A DNA stretch of 64,000 bases from an uncultured delta proteobacterium (GTDB lineage: Bacteria > Desulfobacterota > DSM-4660 > Desulfatiglandales > HGW-15). Within the stretch, counting starts at the first letter, position 1; every line of letters begins with the position of its first letter. The notes under the pieces were generated by a model. That model did no database searches. It had not been told where the DNA came from and saw only the letters and a program-made list of their open reading frames with translations. Below are positions 41,141 through 51,000 of the stretch, one piece after another. The DNA lies in NCBI GenBank assembly GCA_963740905.1, contig CAVUFY010000008.1:190444-254443 (forward strand), given 5' to 3'. Both the position numbers and the translations under genes were made by a program.

Positions 41141-42121
41141 TCATATGCTCAATGCTTTTCTGGATGCTTTGAGTATGCGCTCGGCGCCCGGCAGGTACGC
41201 CTTTTCCTTGCTGAACAACGGGATGACGACGTCAAACCCCGTCACCCGGGCAATGGGAGCTTCCAGGTAGAAAAAGGCCTTTTCCACGAGACGGGAAATG
41301 ATCTCCCCGGCAGGACCAAAGCTCCGGGGCGCTTCGTGGACAATCACCGCCCTCCCCGTCTTCTTCACAGACTCCACGAGCAAGGCGTCATCCAGCGGTG
41401 AGATGGTCATCAGGTCGATCACCTCAGCCTGAACTCCATCCTTCTCGTTGAGTGCTACGGCCGCCTCCAGGGTGGGACGCATCATGGCCCCGTAAGAAAT
41501 CATGGTCAAATCTTTTCCTTCTTGCACTATCCGAGGTTTGCCCAGCGGCAACGTTTCCTCTTCTTCCGGCACTTCTTCGCGAAAAGCGCGGTAGAGAGCC
41601 TTCGCTTCATAGAAGATGACCGGGTCCGGATCGCGGATGGCGCTGACAAGCAGGGCCCTGGCATTCCGAGGGCTTGAGGGAATGACCATCTTGAGGCCTG
41701 GAATATGAGCCCAGAAAGCTTCCCTGCTCTCGGAGTGATGTTCGAGGGCTCGCACCCCTCCCCCGTAAGGAGCCCGCAGCACCATGGGCACCGTCAGCCG
41801 CCCCTGGGTCCGCCAGCGTATCCTTGACGCATGGCATTCGATCTGATGAAAAGCGAGATAACTGAAACCGGAAAACTGCATTTCGCACACCGGCTTGAGC
41901 CCGTATATCGCCATGCCGATGGACATGCCGGCGATGCCCGATTCCGCCAGAGGCGTGTCGAGCGCCCTGTCCTCGCCGAACTCGTCGATGAGGCCGTCCG
42001 TGACACGGAAAACCCCTCCGTCCCTGCCCACGTCCTCTCCCAAGACGATCACGCTGTCGTCCTTTTTCATTTCCTGGCGGAGGGCCAGGTTCAATGCCTG
42101 CACCATCGTCATCTTAGCCAT
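41141..42121 (-). CDS. pdhB: Pyruvate/2-oxoacid dehydrogenase E1 beta
   Basis: GEDVGRDGGVFRVT, DTPLAESGI, EHHSES, VIVHEAP. Confidence 0.93.
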   Translation of the reverse strand: MAKMTMVQALNLALRQEMKKDDSVIVLGEDVGRDGGVFRVTDGLIDEFGEDRALDTPLAESGIAGMSIGMAIYGLKPVCEMQFSGFSYLAFHQIECHASRIRWRTQGRLTVPMVLRAPYGGGVRALEHHSESREAFWAHIPGLKMVIPSSPRNARALLVSAIRDPDPVIFYEAKALYRAFREEVPEEEETLPLGKPRIVQEGKDLTMISYGAMMRPTLEAAVALNEKDGVQAEVIDLMTISPLDDALLVESVKKTGRAVIVHEAPRSFGPAGEIISRLVEKAFFYLEAPIARVTGFDVVIPLFSKEKAYLPGAERILKASRKALSI

Positions 42122-43220
42122 GGTTCTTCTCCTTCCCGGTCCCGGACATTTCTGCTTTTGCCTCCTCCCTCTGTTCCGCCAAATATGGGGGCATGTCCGC
42201 ATAAACGTGCTCGAACATCTGGAGCGGGTCGTTGTATTTCTTCATCAGTTCCTCCGCCCGGTCTACTGCGCCTTGAATTTCATCCTTGACCTCCGATTCC
42301 ACCTCCTCGACCTTTTCGTCCGAGAGAAGTCCTTTGTCCTTCAGATATTTCTGAAACCTGGTGATGGGATCTTTTTTCCTCCACCCTTCCACTTCCTCGT
42401 CCTTGCGATAGCGCTTCGGGTCATCAGCGGTGGTGTGCATCATCATCCGGTAGGTTTCGCATTCAATCATCGTGGGCCCCTCCCCTGCCCGTGCTCTATC
42501 TACCGCCTCTTCTGCCGCAGCGTAAACTGCCAGCACATCATTCCCGTCCACCTGTATGCCCGGCATCCCGTAAGCGAGAGCTTTCTGGGCGAGAGTCTTC
42601 GAACGAGTCTGTTTGGACCTGGGAACCGAGATGGCCCACTGGTTGTTCTGGCATACAAAAATAACGGGGACCTGAAAAACTCCTGCGAAGTTCATACCTT
42701 CGTGAAAGTCCCCCTCCGAGGTGCCCCCATCCCCGAAAAAGGTCATGGCCACGTCCTTCTTCTTCCGATACTTGATTCCCCAGGCGATGCCGACGGCATG
42801 AAGGACTTGGGAGCCAACAGGGACAGAATTAGGAAGATCATTCCCCTCTTCCAGCAAAAGAGCCGCCTCGTTGTACCCTCCGAAACTGAGAATAACGGAT
42901 TCCATGGGCGCGCCCCGGTAGATCTGGGCCGCTGTCTCGCGGAATGAAGGGACCATGAAGTCGGATGGCTTCAGAACCGCAGCCGCGCCCAGTTGAGAAG
43001 CCTCCTGGCCTGAGGTGGGGGCAAAAGTCCCGATTCGACCCTGCCTCTGAAGGCTGAGAACCCTTTCGTCAAACCTTCGTCCCAAGATCATGGCCTTGTG
43101 AAGTTTCAGCAGAAGCTCATCGGGAATCCGGGGTTCAAGTTCTTCATCGAGTTGACCTTTGTCATCAAGGATGGAAAGGTAATCTACCTGGTAGGGAAGA
43201 TCCACTTTGCTTCTTGGCAT
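42114..43220 (-). CDS. pdhA: Pyruvate/2-oxoacid dehydrogenase E1 alpha
   Basis: LQRQGRIGTF, GDGGTSEGDFHEGMNFA...QNNQWAIS TPP motif, HTTADDP..YR. Confidence 0.93.
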   Translation of the reverse strand: MPRSKVDLPYQVDYLSILDDKGQLDEELEPRIPDELLLKLHKAMILGRRFDERVLSLQRQGRIGTFAPTSGQEASQLGAAAVLKPSDFMVPSFRETAAQIYRGAPMESVILSFGGYNEAALLLEEGNDLPNSVPVGSQVLHAVGIAWGIKYRKKKDVAMTFFGDGGTSEGDFHEGMNFAGVFQVPVIFVCQNNQWAISVPRSKQTRSKTLAQKALAYGMPGIQVDGNDVLAVYAAAEEAVDRARAGEGPTMIECETYRMMMHTTADDPKRYRKDEEVEGWRKKDPITRFQKYLKDKGLLSDEKVEEVESEVKDEIQGAVDRAEELMKKYNDPLQMFEHVYADMPPYLAEQREEAKAEMSGTGKEKNHG

Positions 43221-43476
43221 GACAGACTCCTTTTGTTGTCGTTCCAAAATTGATAGGCTTCGAGAATTCATACTCCATAACGATGGGCAAACTGTATGGG
43301 GTGTTTCCTGTATTTTTTGAAAAATGGACACTTACTACTCGGAGCATCAAATTGTTTGCATGGAACGTCAAGAATAGGGAGCATGAGGCTTTTCTGCCGT
43401 ACAGCTTGCTTTTTGTGATGATCAACCCCATTTTATGGATGGCTGATAAGCGGAAGAGTAGAAAGGAGGACAGTTG

Positions 43477-44622
43477 ATGGACTTTTCGATACCTCAAGAG
43501 ACCTTGGAAGAAGTGGATCGTTTCAAAACTTTCCTGGACAAGAACCTTTCGCCTCATCTTTCCCTCTGGTACGAGCAAGGCGCTGTTCCACGCTCCTTCT
43601 TTTCTCTCATGGCTGATGAAGGCTGGTTCAATTTCTCTATTCAGGGGAACCGCGTGGTGAAGCATTCTGCGCTCAGGGAATCTCTCCTTGCGGAACAGAT
43701 GGCGAAGGTGTCGCCGGGCGTGACGGTGGCTGTTCTTGCGCATCAGGATTTGGGGCTCACAGGGGTGTGGCTTTTCGGGTCTGATGCCCTGCAGAAAGAG
43801 TATGGCCCTTCGGCTGTTGCGGGAAAAACACTCCTTTGCATCGGCAACACGGAAAGCACAGCCGGAAGCGATTCGGCAAACATCGCCATGCAAGCCAAGA
43901 AAGTGGAAGGGGGCTGGGTTCTGAATGGGTCCAAAGCTTACGTGACCAACGGCTACATCAGTGACCTTGCCATTGTGACCGCCGTTTCTCATCCTCAGGC
44001 GGATCGGAATCACCGAATCTCCATGTTCCTCGTCAACCTTGAATCGGAAGGCGTGAGCAGATCCAAACTTAACAAAAAGGTCTGGGTTCCTTCCGATCTC
44101 ACGCGGATTCAGTGCTCCAACGTGTTCGTCCCCGAAGATCACCTTCTGGGAGAGCCCGGAAGAGGACTGCAGCAAGTCCTTTCCGTGTTCACTCACAGCA
44201 GGGTGATTATCAGTGCCCTCACCCTGGGGACTGCTCAGGGGGCTTTTGATCTGGCCGTGAGTCACGGCAAAAGAAGGAAGATTTTTGGCCGCCCTGTGCT
44301 CGATCAGGAGGCCAAGGCGTTCGAGGTGGCCGATCACTTTGCCGGACTGGAGAGCGCTCGCCTTGTGATGCTCAAGGCTTGCTGGGCCATGGACCAGGGC
44401 AAGGATTTCCGTCTTGAATCTTCCCTTGCGAAATATCTGGCTGTCAACATTGCCCGGGAGGTGGGGACGTGGGCCGCCGATCTTTTCGGAGCAGCTTCGG
44501 TGATCTTCGATCACCCCATTCACAAGTTCCCCATGGATGCCTGGGCATCATCCCTCGGCGAAGGGACTCAGGATGTGCAGAAGCTCGTCATATTCAGGGA
44601 GGTAATGAAGACTTTTCAGTGA
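43477..44622 (+). CDS. Acyl-CoA dehydrogenase
   Basis: TESTAGSD, LNGSKAYVTNG, RKIFGRP, GEGTQDVQKLVI. Confidence 0.92.
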   Translation: MDFSIPQETLEEVDRFKTFLDKNLSPHLSLWYEQGAVPRSFFSLMADEGWFNFSIQGNRVVKHSALRESLLAEQMAKVSPGVTVAVLAHQDLGLTGVWLFGSDALQKEYGPSAVAGKTLLCIGNTESTAGSDSANIAMQAKKVEGGWVLNGSKAYVTNGYISDLAIVTAVSHPQADRNHRISMFLVNLESEGVSRSKLNKKVWVPSDLTRIQCSNVFVPEDHLLGEPGRGLQQVLSVFTHSRVIISALTLGTAQGAFDLAVSHGKRRKIFGRPVLDQEAKAFEVADHFAGLESARLVMLKACWAMDQGKDFRLESSLAKYLAVNIAREVGTWAADLFGAASVIFDHPIHKFPMDAWASSLGEGTQDVQKLVIFREVMKTFQ

Positions 44623-44643
44623 ACCAAGGTAAGTGCCCTTCTT

Positions 44644-45672
44644 CTACGGCACCAAAACGATCTTTCCGAACTGCTCGCCCTTTTCCATGATCCTGTAGGC
44701 TTCAACCCCTTCCCTGAGGGGCATGACCCGATCGATGACAGGCTTGAGCTTTCCTTCCCATAAAAGCTTTACTACATCCTGGAAATCCTGGTGCGAGCCC
44801 ATCGTGCTGCCGATGAGGCTGATTTGCTTGCCGAAGATGTAACGAATATCTATTTCCACCTGAGGCCCGCTTGTATTCCCGAGGATGACAATTCTGCCCC
44901 CTCTTGCCACGGCCTGCATGCTCTTCATCATCGTTGCTCTGCCCACATTGTCCACCACCACATCAACACCGCGCTTGCCCGTCATCCTGTGAATTTCTTT
45001 AGCCCAATCCACCCGGCTCCGGTCCAGCACTTCGTCGGCGCCCAATGCCAGCGCCCCTTTTCCCTTTTCTTCGTTCCCGCATACGACGTAGATCTTCGCC
45101 CCGGTGAGCTTGGCGATCTGGATGGCCATGCTGTTCACACCGCCTCCGGCTCCGACCACCAGCACGGTCTCACCGACGCGGAGCCCTGCACGATGGACAA
45201 GCATGCGCCATGCGGCAAGGCTTACGAGTAAAGGCGCCGCGGCTTGAACAAAATCCCATCCTTCAGGGATGCGTTCGAGATTTAGGGCCGGCACGGCAAC
45301 GAGTTCCGCAGCCCCCCCTCGGCGGTGCTCTCCGAGGATCTGGTAGCCCGGGCTCACAGAGACTTCCCCTGTGCGGGTGAACTCATCTTCCGTGGTAGAG
45401 ATCCCGGGATCGATCACCACCCGATCCCCGATTCGCCAGTCCAAGACATCCCCTCCCAGCGCCGCCACCTCTCCTGAAACGTCTGCGCCGCACCAGTGGG
45501 GCATCTCCAGCCTGAGACCGGGCCAACCCCGTCTCACCCAAATGTCCAGGTGATTGATAGCGCATGCTCGCACTTTCACGAGTACCTCGCGCGGTCCGGG
45601 TGTGGGATCAGGGACGTCCCCATACCTCATTACCTCAAGACGACCATGTTCCACGAAATGGAGCGCTTTCAT
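44644..45672 (-). CDS. MDR-superfamily (zinc-binding alcohol dehydrogenase/quinone reductase-like) oxidoreductase
   Basis: CAINHLDIW, GADVSGEV, GAGGGV, QFGKIVL. Confidence 0.9.
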   Translation of the reverse strand: MKALHFVEHGRLEVMRYGDVPDPTPGPREVLVKVRACAINHLDIWVRRGWPGLRLEMPHWCGADVSGEVAALGGDVLDWRIGDRVVIDPGISTTEDEFTRTGEVSVSPGYQILGEHRRGGAAELVAVPALNLERIPEGWDFVQAAAPLLVSLAAWRMLVHRAGLRVGETVLVVGAGGGVNSMAIQIAKLTGAKIYVVCGNEEKGKGALALGADEVLDRSRVDWAKEIHRMTGKRGVDVVVDNVGRATMMKSMQAVARGGRIVILGNTSGPQVEIDIRYIFGKQISLIGSTMGSHQDFQDVVKLLWEGKLKPVIDRVMPLREGVEAYRIMEKGEQFGKIVLVP

Positions 45673-45805
45673 TCGGTTCCCTTTCCCGTGGGTCCTCCCT
45701 GAACATCAGAAGGACCCGACTAATGCAGGCGATAGGCAACCAAAACATCTACTCGGCCGCATCGCAGAGGATGGTCTCGATGACGAATGACCTCATACGT
45801 TTGCA

Positions 45806-46147
45806 TTAGATCGCCACATAGATCCCCTTGCGGGCGCTCTTGATCTTCTTCTGGGTTTTCAGCCGGTTGATGGCGTTCCATATCTTCTTATTGTCAAACC
45901 CCGTCTTCTCCCTGATCTGTGTTGTCGTCGCGCCGCGCCTGCTTTTCTCAATGATGGTGTAAACCGTATCAGTCACCGGCTGTTCCGGCCGTTGGCGCGC
46001 TCCTCTTGTCGCTCTCGCCTTGGCCGGAGGTCTGCCTCTTCTCGCGCTGGGAAGTTTATCAAGCTCTCTCTCAATTCGTTCCGTTTTCTTGAGCAGCCTT
46101 TTGAGTCCTTTGGTAATCGACTGCAAATCTTTCTTCATGGCTTTCAT
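45806..46147 (-). CDS. Basic hypothetical DNA-binding protein (coiled coil + AT-hook-like + winged HTH)
   Basis: Lys/Arg-rich; RRGRPP; C-terminal TTTQIREKTGFDNKKIWNAINRLKTQKKIKSARKGIY; SD GAGGAGGGG. Confidence 0.75.
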   Translation of the reverse strand: MKAMKKDLQSITKGLKRLLKKTERIERELDKLPSARRGRPPAKARATRGARQRPEQPVTDTVYTIIEKSRRGATTTQIREKTGFDNKKIWNAINRLKTQKKIKSARKGIYVAI

Positions 46148-46246
46148 GATTCTCAACCCCTCCTCGATTATCATCACATCGTGCGAATGGTCTCACAATT
46201 TTCAGATAGTAATCTTTTCAGACTGTGCTGTCAAATCGCGAGGAGA

Positions 46247-47881
46247 TCATGGGGCAAGGTTGACAGGCTCCTGGCCGGGCGCGGCAATGCCGCGACGTTC
46301 CAACAAGGATCCTTCCAGCCGGTACAGCGCAACCAGCGCCTTCAGGTAGTTGGCCACTGCTTGGACCTCGGCAATTTGGCTTGAGAGCATGTCCCGTTGA
46401 GCCTGGGAGACAAGAAACGCGGTTGACCTTCCCACCTTGAGTCTTTCCGTTTCGATGCGAAGCTTTTCTTCTTGCAGCTTGCGACTGGCCGTGCTCGCCG
46501 AAATCTGCTCCCTCGCCTTCGCCACATCAATGTATGCAGATCGTACTTCCAACTCGATCAGCTGTTCAAGGTTGCCGATGGCCTCCAAGGCCTGATCTTT
46601 GACCAGGACGGAGCGTTGATAGCGCGCCTTTGCATCTCGGTTCCTGAGGGGGTACTGGAATGTCACGCCCGCAAGGACGTCATAGTAATCCCCGGGCATG
46701 TTGCTTACCGAACTTCCGAAGGAGTCTGCGTAGCCCGTTTTTCCCAAGGTAACGAAAAAATCCATCTTAGGAAGTAGTCCGTTTCTCGTCTTCACGAGCT
46801 CAAGGTCATTGCGCTTTACACCCAGCTTCGCCTGATTGAGATCAGGCCGCCATCTCAGCGCAATGTCCACATGGGTCTCCACATGATCCATCATCGCACC
46901 GGGCAGAATGGGCTTCTGCGTGAGGACTACTTTCCGGTTCCACAAGTCGGGGCCTGGAGGGTTAAGCAACTTGAGCAGACGAAGCCGCGCCGTATCCAGA
47001 GTGCCTTGCGCCTGGATGAGTCCCTGGCGTTGCACCGCAATCTCGGCTTGTGCGGCAACCACTTCGGTTTCGGCCAATCGGCCGACGGAGATCATCTCCT
47101 CAATATCGCTCAGCTGTTGTTGAGCTACCTTGAGAGATTCTTCAAAAATCTTGATTTGTCTTTGGGCAAGGGCGTAGTCCCAGTAGGTGTCTTCCACCTG
47201 CGCTACAAGGTCCTGAGCAAACCCACGAAACTCGTATTCGGAAATACGGGTGGCTATTTGTGCCTGCTGAAGACTTGCCAGATTGACCGATGGGCCTGCT
47301 CCGCGAAGCAGGGCCTGCGTGACGGAAAATCCCAAGCGAGAGGCGTACTTGTCGCTGTAGAGATCAGACCATGTTCTCTCTCCGGACGCGCTGAAGCTAA
47401 CCTGTGTTCCGGTAGAAAAAAATTTTGAAATTCCCACCGTCGCAAGAACATCGCTTTCGGTCTCATCGAAGAGTCCGCTAGCCAACGCCGGTTGAGTCAC
47501 ACCCTTTTCTCGCGCGTACTCTCCCGAGGCGTCGAGAACAGGGTCGAAAACAGCTCGCTCCTGGTCCTCGAAGGTGGTTGTGACAGGGGTAGTGAACTGC
47601 TCCACTCTGAGAGCCTGATTGTTCTTCAGGGTAAGCAGGATGGCATCCTCGATCGTCACTTCTACGGGTCCGGCCTTGTTTCCCTTCGCTTTCGTGCGAA
47701 CCTCCTCTTTGATCGGATCGGCTTTGAGCTCAAAAAGCGTCTCGGACTTCCGTATGCCGTCGCCTGCCCATGCCTCCGAGTTCGAGAGAAACCCGTGACA
47801 GAGCGCCAGGGAAACGACCGCAGAGGAGAGAATCAATCGACCTCTCCTTGCGCCTCTTGATACACCTCTTTTCCTCTTCAC
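46247..47881 (-). CDS. TolC-family outer membrane efflux protein
   Basis: Two OEP repeats; RPDL, LLPKMD, EKLRIETERLKVGRST. Confidence 0.9.
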   Translation of the reverse strand: MKRKRGVSRGARRGRLILSSAVVSLALCHGFLSNSEAWAGDGIRKSETLFELKADPIKEEVRTKAKGNKAGPVEVTIEDAILLTLKNNQALRVEQFTTPVTTTFEDQERAVFDPVLDASGEYAREKGVTQPALASGLFDETESDVLATVGISKFFSTGTQVSFSASGERTWSDLYSDKYASRLGFSVTQALLRGAGPSVNLASLQQAQIATRISEYEFRGFAQDLVAQVEDTYWDYALAQRQIKIFEESLKVAQQQLSDIEEMISVGRLAETEVVAAQAEIAVQRQGLIQAQGTLDTARLRLLKLLNPPGPDLWNRKVVLTQKPILPGAMMDHVETHVDIALRWRPDLNQAKLGVKRNDLELVKTRNGLLPKMDFFVTLGKTGYADSFGSSVSNMPGDYYDVLAGVTFQYPLRNRDAKARYQRSVLVKDQALEAIGNLEQLIELEVRSAYIDVAKAREQISASTASRKLQEEKLRIETERLKVGRSTAFLVSQAQRDMLSSQIAEVQAVANYLKALVALYRLEGSLLERRGIAAPGQEPVNLAP

Positions 47882-50800
47882 GGCTTGACCTCGGAGACAT
47901 TCGTCTGGCTTTCCTGCTTCAGTTTCTTCTCCGCCGATGCAGATTTCAGATAGGAGTAGACTGTCGGCACCACGACCAGGGTGATGAGAGTCGAACTCAT
48001 TAATCCGCCGATCACAACCCTCGCCATCGGTGCTTGGGCCTCTGCTCCTTCTCCGATACCCAACGCAAGAGGCACCAGAGCCAGCATGGTTGTGAGGGCC
48101 GTCATGAGAATGGGTCTCAACCTCCTCCTTCCTGCCTCTTCGATCGCTTCCGGCAGGGACATGCCCCGGCGACGGAGAAGATTGGTGTGATCCACGAGAA
48201 GGATGGCATTATTCACCACAATGCCACCCAGCATGATGCAGCCGATATAAGACTGTATATTGAAGGTCGTGTGGGTGAGAAAAAGCATGAGAATCACTCC
48301 GATCGCTGCAAGGGGAACGGAGAACATCACGATGAGGGGGTCCACAAATGACTCGTACAGGCACGCCATCACCATGTAGACCAGGATCAATGCCAGGGTG
48401 ATACTGGTGAGTAACTCCCGGAACGCTTTTTGCTGTTCCTCGTAGTCCGAACCGAACCCGATGGCAAAATCTTTAGGGATTGGGATGGAGCGCAACCCTT
48501 CCCGAATGTCGCTGATCACGGACCCCATATCCCGTCCCGCGAAGTTGGCTGAGACGGTGATAATCCTTTCCTGGTCCTTCCTTTCGATAAAGACTGGTCC
48601 GGTGCGAGGCCGAACATCCAGGACATTCCGCAGGACGACCGGGTTACCTTCGCCGTTGGTCACCGTGAGGTCGAGAAGATCTCTGATCTGCATCCGTTCT
48701 CCTTCTTTGAGCTTCACCAGGATCGCGTATTCCTTTCCTGCCTCGCGAAAATTCCCCGCTTCCGTTCCGGAAAGAATGGTTTGCAACATATCCGCAATCT
48801 GAGAAACGGTTAACTTCATGTCCGCCGCTTTCTGTCGATCCACCATGATCAGTTCTTCCGGGCTTCCTGACTCACGGCTCAACTGCGCATCCGTCACTCC
48901 GTCGACGCGTTCTATTACGCCTTTGACCTGTTGGGCCAGGGCATCGGCGGTCTGGAGATCATATCCTCGGATTTCGACCGCGACTTTTTCAGCGGTCCCG
49001 CTTCCCATTCGCAAAATGAAGAGCCCCTGGCCGGCCCTGGTCCGCACCGTAGTGCCCGGAATCTGGGAAAGTTTGCGCCGTAGCGCTCCCGCGATTTCTT
49101 CACTGGAGCGCGTCCGCTCCGACTCGGGCTTAAGAGCGATTCTCAATTCGCCTGTGTGAGACCCTTTCGGATGCCATGTCGAACTCCCCATGAAACTGGC
49201 CGTATTTCTTGCCTCGGGAACCTCCTTGGCCACTATGGCCTCTATCGTGTCGAAACTCTTCTCCAACACGTCCACCCGGGTCCCCACTTCCATTTCCGCA
49301 GAGACCCTCACTTCTCCTTCGTCTGTTTCAGGCATGAATTCCGAACCGACCAGCGGGAACAGAGAGAGGCTTCCTACAAGAAACACCACGGCTGCGAGAA
49401 GAATGCGCTTACGATGATGAAGAGCATAGTGAAGGATTTCCTTGTAAGCCCTCTCAAGTTCCATCAGGAGCCGTCCGCTCATCAGAAAGAGCCTTTGAAG
49501 CAGACCGGGCCTGCGACCGGTTGGCACATTTTGGGATGTCAGCACGATGGAGGAGAGCATAGGGACCAGGGTGAGGGCCGAGGCCAGAGAGCAGGCCAGG
49601 GCGAAACTCACCACATAGGCGAACTGTTTAAACATGACTCCCGACATGCCTCGGACGAAGATCATCGGAAGGAATACGACAAGGGTGGTCAGCGTGCTTG
49701 CTACGATCGCACCCGTCACCTCCTCGCCACCCTCTACAGCAGCCGCCTGTGGAGGCGTCCCCGACTCGCTGTACCGGAAAATATTCTCCAGCACCACAAT
49801 GGCATTATCCACCAGCATTCCCACGCCAAGGGCCAAGCCGCCCAGGGTCATCAGATTGACGGTGAAGCCGCCGAAATACATGAGGGTGAAGGTGGCGATC
49901 ACCGAGATCGGTATGGCTGTGGCTACTACCATGGTGCTGCGTATGTTCCTGAGAAAGAAGAGCAGAACCATGACGGCCAGCACTCCTCCGTAGAGGATAG
50001 ATGTCCCCACGTTGTTGATAGATCGCTTGATGTAATCGGAAGTATCAATGATGGGTGTAATGTGTATTTGAGGAAGGTCCTGATTAATCTTTTCGATTTC
50101 CTTCAGGACACCTCGTGCCACCTCCACCGTGTTCGTTCCCGACTGTTTCAAAACAGCCATGCGAACGCCGGGCTGACCGTTTATTTTTACGATCCGCGTC
50201 GGTTTCTGCCACGAGTCTTCCACCCCAGCGATTTCTTTGACCTGGATGGGAACCCCATCCCGCACGGCAATGACCGTGTTTCGCAGTTCATCCAAGTTGG
50301 TATATTCGCCGGGGGTACGCAGCATGACCTCCAGATTTCCCCGTTCGACCGTGCCTGCCGGGATGTTCACATTCTCCGCTTTGATCTTTTGCAGGATCTG
50401 ATCGAGAGGCAATCCCAGGGCTTTGATTTTGTCTGGGGACAGATTAACGTGGATTTCCCGATCCAGCCCGCCGTTCACGTCCAGCGCCGCCACACCGGGC
50501 AAACGCTCAATTCGGTACTTGATCTGATCATCGATGACCTGGCGCATTTGCACGGGATCGAGCCTGCTCGCAGCCCCCAGGATCAGGATCGGAAAACTTG
50601 CCAGATCGAACCGCCGGAGAATAGGCCTCTCCGCCTCGTCGGGAAGCCTTGGAACGACCCGGTCCAACCGGTCCCGCACATCATTAGCCGCCGCGTCCAG
50701 ATCCGTGCCCCAGGTGAAACTCACCCCAACTTGACTTACGCTTTCCGCAGACGAAGACGTAACTTCCTCCACCCCCGGCACGGCGCTCATGGCTTCTTCA

Positions 50801-51000
50801 ATCGGACGGGTGATGAGTTCCTCCATTTCTTGAGGACTCGCATTTTCATAAGTGGTGGAGATGCTGAGGGTGGGATAGGTGATGTCCGGCATGAGGTCAA
50901 TAGGAAGCCGGGACAGGGAGATCCCTCCCAAAATCATGACAATCAGAACCGACATGGTGGTGAAAATGGGATGATGGACGGAGAAGCGGCACATTTTCAT
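47878..51000 (-). CDS. RND efflux permease (AcrB/AcrD/AcrF family)
   Basis: LPIDLMPDI.YP, GMLVDNAIVVLENI, GIVVNNAILLVD, RRLRPILMT; 1040 aa. Confidence 0.95.
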   Translation of the reverse strand: MKMCRFSVHHPIFTTMSVLIVMILGGISLSRLPIDLMPDITYPTLSISTTYENASPQEMEELITRPIEEAMSAVPGVEEVTSSSAESVSQVGVSFTWGTDLDAAANDVRDRLDRVVPRLPDEAERPILRRFDLASFPILILGAASRLDPVQMRQVIDDQIKYRIERLPGVAALDVNGGLDREIHVNLSPDKIKALGLPLDQILQKIKAENVNIPAGTVERGNLEVMLRTPGEYTNLDELRNTVIAVRDGVPIQVKEIAGVEDSWQKPTRIVKINGQPGVRMAVLKQSGTNTVEVARGVLKEIEKINQDLPQIHITPIIDTSDYIKRSINNVGTSILYGGVLAVMVLLFFLRNIRSTMVVATAIPISVIATFTLMYFGGFTVNLMTLGGLALGVGMLVDNAIVVLENIFRYSESGTPPQAAAVEGGEEVTGAIVASTLTTLVVFLPMIFVRGMSGVMFKQFAYVVSFALACSLASALTLVPMLSSIVLTSQNVPTGRRPGLLQRLFLMSGRLLMELERAYKEILHYALHHRKRILLAAVVFLVGSLSLFPLVGSEFMPETDEGEVRVSAEMEVGTRVDVLEKSFDTIEAIVAKEVPEARNTASFMGSSTWHPKGSHTGELRIALKPESERTRSSEEIAGALRRKLSQIPGTTVRTRAGQGLFILRMGSGTAEKVAVEIRGYDLQTADALAQQVKGVIERVDGVTDAQLSRESGSPEELIMVDRQKAADMKLTVSQIADMLQTILSGTEAGNFREAGKEYAILVKLKEGERMQIRDLLDLTVTNGEGNPVVLRNVLDVRPRTGPVFIERKDQERIITVSANFAGRDMGSVISDIREGLRSIPIPKDFAIGFGSDYEEQQKAFRELLTSITLALILVYMVMACLYESFVDPLIVMFSVPLAAIGVILMLFLTHTTFNIQSYIGCIMLGGIVVNNAILLVDHTNLLRRRGMSLPEAIEEAGRRRLRPILMTALTTMLALVPLALGIGEGAEAQAPMARVVIGGLMSSTLITLVVVPTVYSYLKSASAEKKLKQESQTNVSEVKP

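Noticed and set aside
39863-41401. 512-aa plus-strand ORF
   Set aside because: Antisense shadow of pdhC/pdhB; no motifs, and the composition mirrors the real gene in GC-rich DNA.
43165-44523. 452-aa minus-strand ORF, and similar long antisense ORFs (5406-6527, 31106-32212, 34775-35776, 52380-53348)
   Set aside because: Each fully overlaps a well-supported gene on the opposite strand.
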